Positions 10,964-24,226 of a DNA stretch of 64,000 bases are shown here, one piece after another. Position 1 is the stretch's first letter; every line of letters begins with the position of its first letter. Below the pieces are notes generated by a model. It did no database searches and was not told the origin of the DNA. It worked only from the letters and a program-made list of their open reading frames with translations. The stretch spans positions 111,292,001 to 111,356,000 of the forward strand of contig NW_024704742.1 in the NCBI RefSeq assembly GCF_018977255.1. Reading direction: 5' to 3'. This DNA comes from Callorhinchus milii. Lineage: Eukaryota. A program made the position numbers and the translations under genes.

Positions 10964-12824
10964 ATAAGAATAAGTGAAATTAAAATTGATCACACAAATC
11001 ACAGAATGATTTGACACACAATATAGTTAAATAAAATAGGTGATGCATCACCCAAGTATTCTGGATGCAAACATATTTATTGAGCTGTGCATACAATTAT
11101 TGACTTTATCCAGTTCTGTTATAAAAGGAATAAGCATTAGCAGCCACAGTCACTTTTGTTGGGAGCATATTGTACATACAGTATTCATTGTTACATGTAT
11201 GTACAGAAAGAAAGCATTCTTCTAATATCTAGTTCTGTTCTTCCTCTAGGTCGTTTTTTTAAAGGTCTAAGTCACATAGCCTACTTACATCTATAACATC
11301 TGGGTCTCTCATCATTTTAAAGACCTGTTCCTAACCTTCCTGAGCTCCCTTACAATCTTTCATTTCCAATGAGAACAAGTTCAGGTCAGTGTCTGTAATC
11401 ATCATATGGCTCTTCTCTGAACCCTGTCCACCCTCCCACCCATGCCTTTTGAAGGCAATGTGCCCAATCGTTGTACAGTATTTCCAAACTTGGTCTCACT
11501 TGGCCTCATCATTTAAAAAATTACAATAAAAGATTTTCAAGTTGTACGCCCTCAAAATTTGACTTCAGTGAATGCTAAATGATCACCCAAATTATTGTTC
11601 CTTTCTCCACCTCAGCTAGTGGATGTGTATTCTTCCTTTTATACATTTTTACTGTGTTTTATTTCAATATATCTTACATTATCTTACATTATTATCTTAC
11701 ATTTACTTTACATTATCTTACATTTACCCAGTGGCCTTCATCTGTGCTGTAAATTTCTACATTAAAATTCATCTGTTATTCCTTCGACCTTCTGCTTAAT
11801 TGGGCCAGATCCTCCTGAATGTTATTTATCTTCCTTATATTCTTAATGTGTCCACTCAACTTGTATTATCAACATTTATAATATTACAAGAAATGTTGTT
11901 CTGTAAGTAATTTATGAAGTGTTTAAACAAAAGCAAAGGACCCAGGAATGGCTGTTGTGGATCTCCAGTAGTTACCATTCATCCAAAGCTTTTCTATTCA
12001 TCACCACTTATACTTCATCTTGTTAATACATGTTATGGGATGATGAGAGGACAGATTAGCTGCTGAGTTTGTCTGTTACAACACTCACTTCATGTCTAAT
12101 CAATCAGGGTTTGTTAGAAAGCACTTCTAGACACTTATTTTTTAAATAACATAAAATGCAATATATGTATATAAATACACGTTATTATTATGTAATGCAA
12201 CCAGTTAATTTGCCATTAATGCCATGATCTTTACACTTCCTTAAAAGATTTAAATGTAGAATTGTACACAAGGTTAAACAGCAGATTGGCTCCCCTTCCA
12301 TGACATACTTTTGAAAGTTAGGAAAAGAATACAAAGCCATTCCTTTTGGACGTTGAAATAATAGAGGAAAGTTCACGACTTGGTTGATTTTACTTGGAAT
12401 TACAAGAATACCTGAATGTTGAAAGTTAGAGATAAGAGCAGAAGTTGGTATAAATTTATACCAGGTCAACCAGCATCTCAAAGAGAAAGGTGCATCAAAG
12501 TTTCAGATATGGCCCTTTATCAGAACATTATATATTGTTTGTGAAACAGGCAGGCTCTTAAAGCCAAAATAATCTTTTACATTCTGTACTTCATTACCAC
12601 TCCTTAGAGGTGGGAGATATCAGAGTAATATCAGAGCACTGTATTTCTAAATTGCCATGATACCTTGTTATGTATTTCAAATCTGGTTATAAAATATAAG
12701 GTCACAAATGGGCATGTCTACTTCATTGCTTGAATTCCATCTTAATCTTAATCTTTCAATTCCATCCTAATTTGATAGTCAGTTCTTTTAATATATGTGT
12801 TAAATTGCTTCCAAATTAAATAGA

Positions 12825-13100
12825 CAATAAACTGAGATCCTTTCTGACTGTATAGGTGGCCATTAAAAGTTCCATGGCACTATTCAAAAAGAGAAGGAAG
12901 TTTCTCTTGACGTCCTGGCCAGCAATACTCCAAATTAAAAAAAAAAGTTAATTTACTTCATGACTATTTTGCTACACATAAATAGGCTGCCACATTCACC
13001 TACAAATACAGTCACTAGACTACTGTATATCCTGTAAAGTGCTTTGAGACTTCCTCCTGATGTGATAGGAATTATATCAAAAGCAAGTGCTATTATTATA
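12825..13100 (+). mobile_element. Deu-domain SINE 3' part
   Basis: ccatggcactattcaaaaagag...gtcctggccagca plus the shared tail. Similar fragments at about 5790-5995(-), 41040-41260(+), 42335-42482(-) and 50380-50520(+). Confidence 0.7.
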
Positions 13101-14512
13101 TTCTTGTCCCATTTACTTTAAACATAAGTGCTTTGTAAAGTGTCATTCTATTCCAAAAAATTCAAAAAGGGGGCATATCTACATTGTCGCTCATCATTGC
13201 TTCAGATATAAAAATTTGTGATGAAATAAAAAAATAAACTGATCAAAAACAAGGACATATCTTACCTTTAGGTCATGGAACAGAAGGAGACCATTCAGCT
13301 CATTGAGCCTGTTCTACCAATTCATTAGACTTTGGCATATCTTTTAATCTTAATACCCTATCTTTTCATCATACCCCTTAATACTACTACTCAATTATCT
13401 GCCTGTCTTACTTTTAAACATCCCTATTGATTCCGCCGCTACAGCTTTCATAATTACCACTGGTGATAATGTCAGCGATAGTTATGAAACATTGCAAAGC
13501 CAGGTCAATTATTTCATAAAGCTAGTCTCAAACAGTACTACAGATTTTAAAAATCCACAAAGTATTAGATAAGTCAGACAGACAACAATAATTTACATTT
13601 ATATGATGCCATCCACCCTGGAACGACCTCTTCCAACACTAAAAGTGCTTCTCGTGATTTACTCTAAAGTGTAGTGACTGTGCTAATAAAGCTGAGTGCC
13701 AGTACTTAAAGTCCAACATCTTGAAGCTGTTTCATAAGGTTCCAGCCATAAGAAAGAAATTGCTAACTGAAGAATTTTGTGGAACAGAAGAGTGCAATTG
13801 CGTAGTCTATTTATGTGACAGATCCCAAAGGCAATGGAAATTTGAATATTATTGAAGCTAAAGAAATCATCTGCAGCCATCTGGCTGCTCTCAATCAACT
13901 ACTGCAGTGACATGTCTTTGAATTAGAGAAGTCTCTGGAAAATGACACAATCTGAGTTAAAGATGCTTTTTCTGCTGACAAGATTGATGGAGAAACCATC
14001 TTGATTGTGCGCAGTGGAGGACAAGGTGTTTAAATAATCTATCAGAATGCATTCCAGTCCATGACATCTTCAAATAGCCTGACAAATTTCTGTCTGAAAG
14101 TGATATCCAGCTATCCAGAACTGTCATAGAAGCCACTGAAGGCTCTTCTCCCATTTTAGCGTTTGCTTTGTGTATCTGACAGCAATAATTTACCTGACAG
14201 TAAAGGAAAGATACAGAGCCAAGCTTTGAATGAAGAATAAACTTTACATATATCTATCAGATGAATCGACAACAATTTATGTTTATATACGCTTTTTATG
14301 TTGGGAGGATGTCTCAACCGCTTAGTTCTGGTTTAACGTACCTAATAGTGGATCAACCTTTCCAACTCTGGTCCGGGATATCCACACAAATATATCAGTC
14401 TGTGATAATCACAAGAATATTAATCCTTACATTTGATATAGCGCTTTTCAAATCGAGAGGAAATCTCAAAGCACCTCACAAAATTTACTGTAAAATATAA
14501 TGACTATTTTGT

Positions 14513-14960
14513 AACAACAACAACTTAGATTTATATAGCGCCCTCCACGCCAGACGGCTTCTCAGAGCGCTTCACAGTAACGGATCCCAGGGCCGAGCCA
14601 GGGAGAGGGGGAGGAAGGTGACCAAAGGCGCGGTCGAAGAGAAAGGTCTTCAGCAGAGACCTGAAAATAGGAAGAGAGGGGGCGAGACAAAGGGAGTGAG
14701 GAAGGGAGTTCCAGAGCCTCGGGGCATAGTGGCTGAAGGCACGGCTGCCGAGGGTGGAGCGGAAGACTTGGGGCCAAGGAGGAGGCCAGACCCGGTGGAA
14801 CAAGGGCAATGGGCACTGTTGTGAGGAGAGAGGAGGTCAAAGAGGTAGGGGGTGCAGAGGAGTGGAGGGATTTGAAGACAAAAGTGAGGATCTTGAAGTC
14901 GATCCTCTCTGGGATGGGCAGCCAGTGCAGTCTGGCAAGGATTGGGGTAATTGGGGACTA
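14513..14960 (-). mobile_element. L2 3' fragment
   Basis: (AAC)n tail; RAFSHYAPRLWNSLP...LKTFLF on the minus strand. Confidence 0.9.
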
Positions 14961-15386
14961 TTATGTAGACAATGGTACAGGAAAAGATGCATTTTAATAT
15001 CGGTTTTCCTACAATTTCGTGCAGAGAAATAAAGGAATGGGTCCTTTACGATATTTATAGTTTTCAAGAGAACTATATACTCAAAAATAATAAACTCTTT
15101 ATATTTATAATTTGGTAGTTACAGAGTTGGCTAAATACGTCAGAATGTCTTTCAGGAAGGTCCTTCAATGACGAATCTCATTTAGTTCTTTAAATAACCT
15201 ACAGAAATCCAGCCTTAAAATCAAAACTGGAATGTAGAATTGTCTGAAATTTGTTCTGAAATGCAAGATGAAAAGCTTTAGTCTCTCGGAATTTAGCATA
15301 AAATTCACCAACACAATTTCAGTTTTAGATGCAATCAGTGACCATATAGAGTCCTGCAGCTTAGTGGTTCAAGCACTTGACTGTTT

Positions 15387-15708
15387 AATAATAATAATAA
15401 TAATCCTTGCATTTGATATAGCGCTTTTCACTTCTTCTAGATGTCTCAAAGCGCTTCACAGAATATACTGTAAAGTGAATTGACCGTATGTTTGTGGGCG
15501 AAATGCGGCAGCCAATTGCGCACAGCAGTGTCCCACAAACAGTCATGGATTAAAAATGACTAATTTATTATTGTTTTGTTTTGGAGGGATTATTATTAGG
15601 CGTGTGGAGTAAGGAAACTTGCCCAAGGTTTCGCCCTGACCTGCCTGGAATTGAACCCAGGTGTCTCACTGCAAGGCGAGTACCCTAACCACTGAGCTAC
15701 AGGACTCC
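15387..15708 (-). mobile_element. Full-length tRNA-derived SINE nested in an internally deleted + strand copy (15349-15386 and 15709-15879)
   Basis: Reverse complement of the 3954 family. Flanked by the head and tail of a + copy, with actgtt repeated at both junctions. Confidence 0.85.
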
Positions 15709-16099
15709 GAGGACACTGTTGTGGGACACTGCTGTGCGCAATAGGCTGCCGCATTTCGCCCATAAATTTACAGTCAATTCACTTTACAGTATATTCTGTG
15801 AAGTGCTTTGAGACGTCTCAAAGACGTGATAAGGCATTTTATCAAATGCAAGGATTAGTATTATTATTATTATTATTATCATCACATCACCAGAATACAG
15901 GATTCAACTTTACTATGTACACAAACACAGTAACATGTCTTGCAATTTCCTTAATCAGGTAAAACTTCCCCTTTATTATAAGAATATTTTTGTTTTGATG
16001 TAAAGTTAACAGTGTGCATAGGTTAACAGTGGTAACAAATTGCAACTGAGTAAACCAACTGTGCTGGAACCAACAGCTTAAAAAAATAGTAGCAAAATT

Positions 16100-16460
16100 G
16101 TTTTCTCCTCAAGGCGTTTGAGACTTTTTTCTTCTACAAAGGTTTGTCTCTACAACTCCCTCCATCACCTCACCCAAGTCACTATTGTTTTTGCGAGTTC
16201 TCAGTGAGTGTAGACAGGCTATTTGATTGCTGGGAAACATCACAAATCCTGTCCTCATTCTGTAATAATGATAATGATCAGAAACAGCAACGCAGGATGA
16301 TTTTCCCTTCTTTAACCCAGGGATACTGAGGTCATCTGTAACACCATAACTGCTGCCCTCACTGAAATCAACGAACAAACAGATTTGAGCCTGTAATCTT
16401 GACTGGGTGGTTTTGTGCGATCTCTACCCAAATTGGCAGTGTGATTATCAGCTCAACCTA
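16100..16460 (-). mobile_element. Second, more diverged AmnSINE2-like copy
   Basis: Reverse-complement similarity to the 23860 copy: cccaagt, caggctatttga, atcctgtcctca, tgattttcccttctttaacccagg, aactgctgccc. Confidence 0.6.
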
Positions 16461-16537
16461 GTTATCTTTTAACCTTTGCCAAGCTTCCTTTCTGACATCA
16501 TTAAATAAAATTTAAATACTCATTCTGAATAAAGTTA

Positions 16538-17080
16538 ACAAAAACTTGCATTTATGTAGCGCCCTTCACACAGGATAGCATCCCGGAGCAATTGACAGTG
16601 GCAGTCTGACCCCGAGCCAGGGGGAGAGGGAGGCCAGAATCAAAAAGGAAGGTCTAGAGGTGGGATTTAAAGGTGGGGAGTGAGGGTGCAAGGCGGAGGA
16701 ATTGAGGGAGAGAATTCCAGAGTTTCGGGGTGTAGTGGCTGAACCTGGAGTGGATGGGACGAGGGACAAGCAAGAGGCCAGAGCCAGCTGAGCGGAGGCA
16801 GCGGGTGGTGAAGTAGGGGTTAAGCCGATCGGAAAGATTGGTAGGTGCGAGGGCATGAAGGGATTTGAAAACAAGTGAGAGGATCTTGAAATCGATCTGT
16901 TCCATAATTGGGAGCCAGTGGAGCCTGGCAAGGACTGGTGTGATGGGGGCACGGAATTTTCTGTGGATGAGTATCCTGGCGACGGAGTTTTGAATTAATT
17001 GAATTTTATGTGTTGAGACCAGCAAGGAGGGCATTGGAATAGTCCAGCCGGGAAGTGACAAAGGCGTGGATGAGGGTTTT
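16538..17080 (-). mobile_element. L2 3' fragment
   Basis: IQNSVARIL...LHWLPIMEQIDFKILSLVFKSLH...LWNSLP. Confidence 0.9.
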
Positions 17081-19914
17081 AATTGAAATGCTGAAGCTTT
17101 AGGTGCCTTGCTCTTCAGGGCTTTGCTGATTAACTTTTTATAAGAAGCAACAAGAGCAACAAACAAATCTTAAACACACAATCTAAGTAGGAGTAGCACT
17201 GAATGCAAAATGGCAAATTAATTGCAAACCAGATTATTCCACTGCATGCAATCACATTGCTAGTTTAAATGCTAATCTGTCCATAAATTCCTGACACAGA
17301 CCAGAGTCTCTGCAGTACAGGTATACTATCATTATTTGTTCTGTTTCCATATTCATCTTCTATTCATACATGCTGTCCCTTACCTTACCTTTAAAATTGT
17401 GGGAAATTCCTAAAACTCTGCCAAAACCTTCAAGTCTTCTTATTTGGCAGACAGATAGCAGATGGCAGGATTAAGTCCAGGCTAAATCCCTAATAAAGTG
17501 CAGCTTGAGTGCTTCAGAACCTATGTACACAAGACAAGGCTCACCATTGCTGCCAAGTGTTCAGAGGAATATAATGATTTATTTGATGGAGATTGTTAGC
17601 ATTCTTGCCAGATCTCAACAAAACAGGTGTCAGTGGTAACCGTTTTGATAAAATAAATATTATATATATATTTCTCCCAAAAAGACCTTTAGGGAGAATG
17701 TTTCAGTCACTGAAAATGTTTTAAATGCTACTGAAGCCCCAGAGTATTTTGTTGAAGACTGTATTCTGACAGGCATGAACAAATTCACTTTAATGTCCTC
17801 TATCTTTCATTGAAGCTGTCAGATAAATTGATGAAGGGTGACTAATGGAGACTTGAAGGAAGAATGCTTACCAAAGCAAGCGTACAATTTCTAGGAGCCA
17901 TCTTTCAGTTCTCTAATGTAATTCTCTGTAATTGCTTATTTTAAATTCAGTTAAATTTGGGATTTCATATTTTTAAAAGTTCTGTGAGGTGAACGCTTAA
18001 ATATACAAACTTAAATGTTTCTTTGGCTAATTATGGAACTAACTAGGGAGAGAAACAAAATCTTTTTAAAACATTAAGCTCTAGCTTTCTTTGACGTAGG
18101 TGCTGAAAGTATTTTTTCAGCAATTGATCCTAGGAACTACTTTAAATGATGATAGAAACGGATCACACATGCCAATATGTAAAATAAACAGTGTTTGTTA
18201 TTTTACAACATAAGCTACACACGACTACTGTTAACCAGTACACCCCACATTTCACTTAGCATTTCGTCTTAAAATTTAAGATTGCACAGAATTGTGGAAA
18301 ATTCTTATCCACAATTTCAATCCAATCTTGGTTTGGAAGCAGGTTCTTTCAGAGAATTTTAGAAAGCTAATTTCTGAAGTAAGACTGAATTTTAAAAAAT
18401 TATTTTACACATTTATGCAGCATCTACCAGATATTATTTCTATCATTGGTCACAGTAACTCAAAAAATGATTGCACTATTCCATTGTTATTACACAGTTT
18501 TTTTTAGCTGAGGAATAGAATTAGCTCCAGCTGAAGGTAACAGTTTCCTGCTGAATGACATGGTTATTATTTAGAGGACAGATCTCATCAGCAAATACAT
18601 GATCTGAGGACACTTCCAATCCCCTGATACATCCACAAAGATATTAGTTTTCCTTTTAATCCTAAGCAGGCTGCTGCTCACCAAAAGACGGTTATTTATA
18701 GAAAGCGATTTTGATTGGGTCGAAGGGTTAATGAACACTTTTCACACCAAGATTTTGTCGATGATGAATAGTTGTCACAGAAATGTGGTTACATTGAACT
18801 CCACTGCAGTGTGGAAATGATGATCATTCAAGTTTCCTTTGATTGCACCTAAATGGCCAATTAATAAAATGAATGCATGCAAAGCCATTCCGTTGAAAAT
18901 CAACTGATTGCACATTTAAATCATAAGCGGTGTAATCTTCCTGCAAAGGGTAAAAATGATCAGCAAAGCTTGATTCAAGATTTTGTGATGCCAATCATTG
19001 TATTTCACAGCTGGATGATGTGAAAATTCAAAGCAGTGAAACTAAAAAGGACAATGTCTGTTCCATTAGGAGTATTTGAAAACATGGAGTCCCATGATAT
19101 GAATGCATCATGTTATTGATGGTGCAGTACTAATGTCCTGTCAATCATAGAAAATACAGCATGCTTCTGAATTACTCACAACTATGTATCTCCTGAGTTA
19201 TGGGACTTCTTGATTCATCAACAAGGTCTTCCTGATTCACAAGGGAGCTCTTTAAATGACTCACTGCATTTTACACTGTTCCAGTTAGTGTTCTCAGCTA
19301 GTAATTGCTTCCTGACAACTGTATTGAAGTTTTTTTTGTTACCCCTTTAGAGAGTGTTTAATGTGAATGTTTGCAGAGTATTATTCCCCTGTTCAGCTTG
19401 ATGTTAAAGATCACTTGATAATATTCAGAAAGAGACTGAAATTTCTCCCCCTGCTCCAGCCAAATATCCTCCATGTTATTTGCCCATAGATCCAATAGCC
19501 TAATCTTCCAATAATTTGGCAAATGTAGTCAGGAAATATCTTTCTCCAGCCTTCTTGAAACTGATTCAGAACATATCATATCAAAAATAGTTTGTGAAAC
19601 TGTTAGAAAATGTTTATTTACTTCCCTCCCATGGACTCAGTCCTGTAGAAAACATGCACTGGGGCTAGAGACAGACACATTATTAATGTTTATTACTAAT
19701 TTCAGTACATTGATATCAGTTCTGATATTCATTTTGAACTTGTACAGCAACAGTATAATGCTGATATGTAGTTTTGAATTAAATTTGAAGCAGTAAAGAT
19801 GATATTAAAGATCAGCACATGGGCTAAAATCATCTTTTCAAGGCTTGAAACACAGAATTATCTTTATATATTTAGAAAGAAACCTTTGGAGAGGTGTTTT
19901 CCTAGCTACTTTTT

Positions 19915-20510
19915 CATCCAGTACTCTGCAGCCCATATCCTCTCCTGCACCAAGCTCCGTGAGCCCATCATCCCAATCCTCGCCCGATTCCACTGGCTTC
20001 CCATCACACAGAGGATACAATTCAAGATCCTGGTCCTCACCTTCAAAGCCCTCCACGGTGTTGCTCCCCACTACCTCTGTGACCCCGTAAACCCCTACCA
20101 TCCTGCCCGCTCCCTCCACTCAGTGAACTCCAGCCTGTTTCACGTCCCCCGCCTCGCTCACCCCACCATTGGTGGCCGGGCCTTCTGCCAATCTGCCCCC
20201 ACCCTCTGGAACTCCATCCTACAGTCCCTCTGCCTCGCCCCCTCCCTTGCCTCCTTCAAGATCCATCTCAAGATCCTCCTCTTCGACCGTGCTTTCGATC
20301 TCCCTGCTTCCCTCCCCTGCCCTCCACCCTCTGCGATCCCGACCTCAGCTCAGGTCCGAAACTCTGACTGTTCAGAGCCTTGAGATGTCCTCCCAATGGG
20401 AAAGGCGCTATACAAATGTAATTTTGTTATTGTTGTTGTACTGGTGTGTACGTTCTCTGAGATACCACCCTGTGTGAGGGGCGCTATATCAGTGCAAGTT
20501 GTTGTTGCTG
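19915..20510 (+). mobile_element. L2 3' fragment followed by a second short tail
   Basis: HWLPITQRIQFKILVLTFKALHGVAPHYL...PTLWNS; two successive (TTG)n tails. Confidence 0.9.
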
Positions 20511-22489
20511 TTGTTTATGTAAACACAAAAATTGCCTGTTTAACCATGATATCAGCTATACTTTTCTCTCCACGATCTCCAAAACAGATGGAAGTTCCTC
20601 AACAAGCCAACATTTTTATGAGGCACATAAAGCTTATATCTGTGTACTTTGACAGTTTTAGTTGTGCAATGTACTTTTAGATAACATTGGAGAGACATTA
20701 ATCACATCACCAGCTATCTTGTCTGGACCGTCTGTAAAGGAAGGCTGGCTCTTAGATCTTTTGATCTTGCCTTAAGATTGCTTTATAAACACAATTTTCT
20801 TAGTGTGCACCATATAACTACTTGTTATAAATTAATACAAATATCACAATACATTATTTGTAAATTCTCTCCTATGCAAGTGTTATAGAAGTTAGCGACA
20901 AGTATAAAGCAAAGGGGAGTTTTAGACCAAAGGAATGGAGCTGCTCATTCCGAACCTTAGAATGTTCATCTGTATTGCACATCCGAGCCATCTAATTGCT
21001 GAACTTATTTATAATCCTTGAATTTTATATACCTCACCATTTTATCATGTTATCAAAATATCTCAAAGTGCTTCACAGGATTTACTCTATTGGATAGTTA
21101 CTGTGTATTTGTAGGCAAACCGGTAGCCAATTTGCACAGGGTAATGTAACCACAAACAGCCTTCAACTTATTGCTCATTTTTATCTGGTGGGGGGGTTGT
21201 TGGCCAGGCTAACAACTTATCTTTATCTTAATTGGTATGTGGGATCAACACCAGCATGGGGAAAGAATAGACCATGGATATAAAGAGATAAAATAATTTA
21301 AACTATGCTAAAGTAATAAACCATTGCCTGATAAACTGATGTAATCAGTGTCTTGACAGCATCACAGTGTTGCTGATTGCACACTATGTTTATTTATCAT
21401 TAGATAACATCCATGTAAGAACATCTGGTCAAAATTACTAAAAGTGCATTCAGGATTTGAAAAGATTTATTGTTTTCTGATTGTAAAACTCTAATTTATC
21501 ATCTCCTTCCGGGTTTCATTCACTGCCTTTTTGTCAATACTTTGCCAACTTGTTATTTGCCATTAAATTCTCGAATGTTTCCATTAAATTCTCAAATGTT
21601 CCATGAATTGCACAAAGAGGAAGTTGTAATTAATTGCAAGAATCTGCATTGCCAATATCAGTAATTTGATCCAGCAAGACATTAATAGTGCAGAGATCAT
21701 CAAGAAGGATAACAATTTACATTTCTACAGCACTTCTGTATCTCAAAGTGCTTCACACAGCAGACAAGGATCTCAAGCTGGGAGGACAGCTGAGGGGGAG
21801 GGAAAGGTGGCTAAAAAGCTCTGTCAAAAAGATTGGTCCTAAAGGCAGGTTTTGAAAGTGGAGAGTGAGGAGGTAAGATGTAAGGACTATGGGAAGGAGT
21901 TCCAGATGGGGTTGGGGGCTGCAGGTTTGGGGTAGTGGGGTGAATTGGGCGAGGGACATGAAGCAGGCTAGTGTTTGCTAAGTGGAAGGGTTGGTTGGGG
22001 AGTAGGATCACAGGAACTTCACAGATGTAGGGTGGACGTTAAATTTGTTTTGCTGGAGGATGGGAAGCCACTGGTGCCAAGCAAGAATGGAGTAACTCGC
22101 TCATGTAGCCTGGTGTGAAACAAGATATGGCTGCGGTGTTCTGGATGATCAACAAGTGACATTCAGATCTTTTGCTCATTATAGTTACTTCAGAACATTT
22201 TTGATTTCAAATACTGGCCAGTAGAATGGATATCAAGTACTTGGCATAACTGTTAGAAACACATGATTAAGAGTAACATATATCCTGAAAAACGTTTGAA
22301 GAGGCTGTTTGGTAAGGTTAAAATATCTCATGAAACTGGATTTTGTGCTTATCTTGACTTTAACAGATTAACATCATCAGTGAGGATCATCTTTTTTGTT
22401 GCAAGTCCAAGCACATGTAGTTAAGGGTCAGCAAAACAGAAAGAACTGAAAGAGTTTGTGGTTGGAACACTGGAACAAACAAGAATTTG

Positions 22490-22726
22490 AGGTTTAAAAT
22501 TCCACCTCGTCTTAGCCGCTAGATTATTTTGCCTTAAAATTTAAGATTGTGCAGGATTGTGAAAAATTTGTTAATTCAATCATAATTTGGAAGGCAGTTC
22601 TTTTTAAAATATATGGAAAACGGCTTTCAAATTAAGACTGAATTTAAGAAGGTGCCACAATCTGCAAAGTCATAAATCTGTAAACAAAATAATCTTACAT
22701 GTCGAGAGTAGGTGAATTTTAAGCCT
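22490..22726. mobile_element. Fold-back, MITE-like imperfect palindrome
   Basis: Ends aggtttaaaattccacc / ggtgaattttaagcct are inverted, and the internal arms also pair. A related copy lies at about 18250-18410. Confidence 0.7.
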
Positions 22727-23859
22727 TAATCTTTGGAGAAGTATTGTGTATGAAAAAAATGATTAATATTTCCATGTTGCACCTACACCGTAATCTTATG
22801 AAAGTGATACCACATGTATCAGCCACTCCAGAGATAACCATCTATAAAAATGTTCATTTCTAATTTTCATTTGAGGTAATTGAAGGAAAAAAGAATCATT
22901 ATGATTTCTTAGTTTTTCGTTAACAAAATTGTACTTACTTTAATGCAACTTTGATTTCTTTTGCCTACTTTTAATTCTGGATCATCCCAACTGAGAAACA
23001 GTGCCAAACACCAGAGGGAGCTTGTTGTGTTTGCACCGCACTATGGGTTGTTGGGGAAACAGTACATTTGGCTGAATGGAAACAGGCACAATCATAGTGT
23101 TCCACTGGCATGCAAGTTCTCAAATCTGGTCCATTTCCTGACCCTATACGTGCACACAAAAACTCACACACACAGAAAACGTATAACATATTATAACATT
23201 TCTTTTTTATTTCTGTTAGTGGAAGAATATTATATTTGCTACTCAACACTAAACCAGAGATACAAAGCAAATTCTTTAAATGAAGATTTATTTATTATTT
23301 TAAAGTTTATTTTCTTCTGAGCCATGCAGACCACATTCGATGTAGGCTTTACTATGACTGTTTTGTTTAGTTAAGCCAATATCCTGCTAGCCAGTAATCG
23401 TATGTCACAATGCACAGTCCAATGCGCCTCATGGTCAGATTCTCTAATGTGACCATTGAAAAGGGTGTCTGGGGTTGTTACTTTCGAGAATCTTTAGATG
23501 TATTATGTATCACAAGCTCCCTAAACTGAACACATATGTTAATTAGTACTTTGGTGTTAATTGACACTTAAAACATCACAACATATACACATATACAGGA
23601 TACCATCATTTCCATAATGATTGTTCAAATATATTGTTGACAATATATGCAAATGTGATATAAAATGTAAATGCAAGGATTATTATTAATATGAGATTTC
23701 TTGTATAGTTATCATTTTTGTGGAATTGATAAAACGCATTTAACACCAATGCTTGACCCAGACAGGAGCAAATTTACGGCTGCAGCACATTTTTGTAATT
23801 TAGCTTTGAACAAGCTCCAAAACAGCTATCGCCCTGTAAACCTCACAATGGTCATTCTC

Positions 23860-24226
23860 CTCCGACGGCTTAGCAAGTTTATCCAATGAGTAGCTGAGCC
23901 AACACACAGAGTGAAAAGGTCCCAGGTTTGAGACAGCTGATCTCAGTCACGGGGGGTGTACAATTGGCTTTCAGTGCTCTTGGCTAAGGAAGGAGAAAAG
24001 CACCCAGCCCTGTTCTCAGTCCTGTTCGCTGTCCAATGACTGCTGCAGGAAGGGCACATCTGAGGCATTGAGTGCAGACAGGATCAGGCTCAGGTTTTAT
24101 GTCAAACAGCCTGCTGATTCATTGTCAAAGCTCACACATGAAGAATGGCCACTTGGGCGATGAGCCAGATGGTGCCTGGAGCTAATCATTCCCCAGGAAG
24201 GAGTCAACAATATCAGAAGGAGAGGA
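23860..24226 (+). mobile_element. AmnSINE2-like ancient SINE
   Basis: Colinear matches to the recalled AmnSINE2 consensus: gctgagcca, aaggtcccaggtt, agctgatctcag, tacaattggc, gacaggatcaggctc, gctcacacatgaagaatggccacttgggcga. Confidence 0.75.

Noticed and set aside
19799..20383. 194-aa ORF as a host gene
   Set aside because: It is an L2 ORF2 C-terminal remnant joined to flanking sequence.
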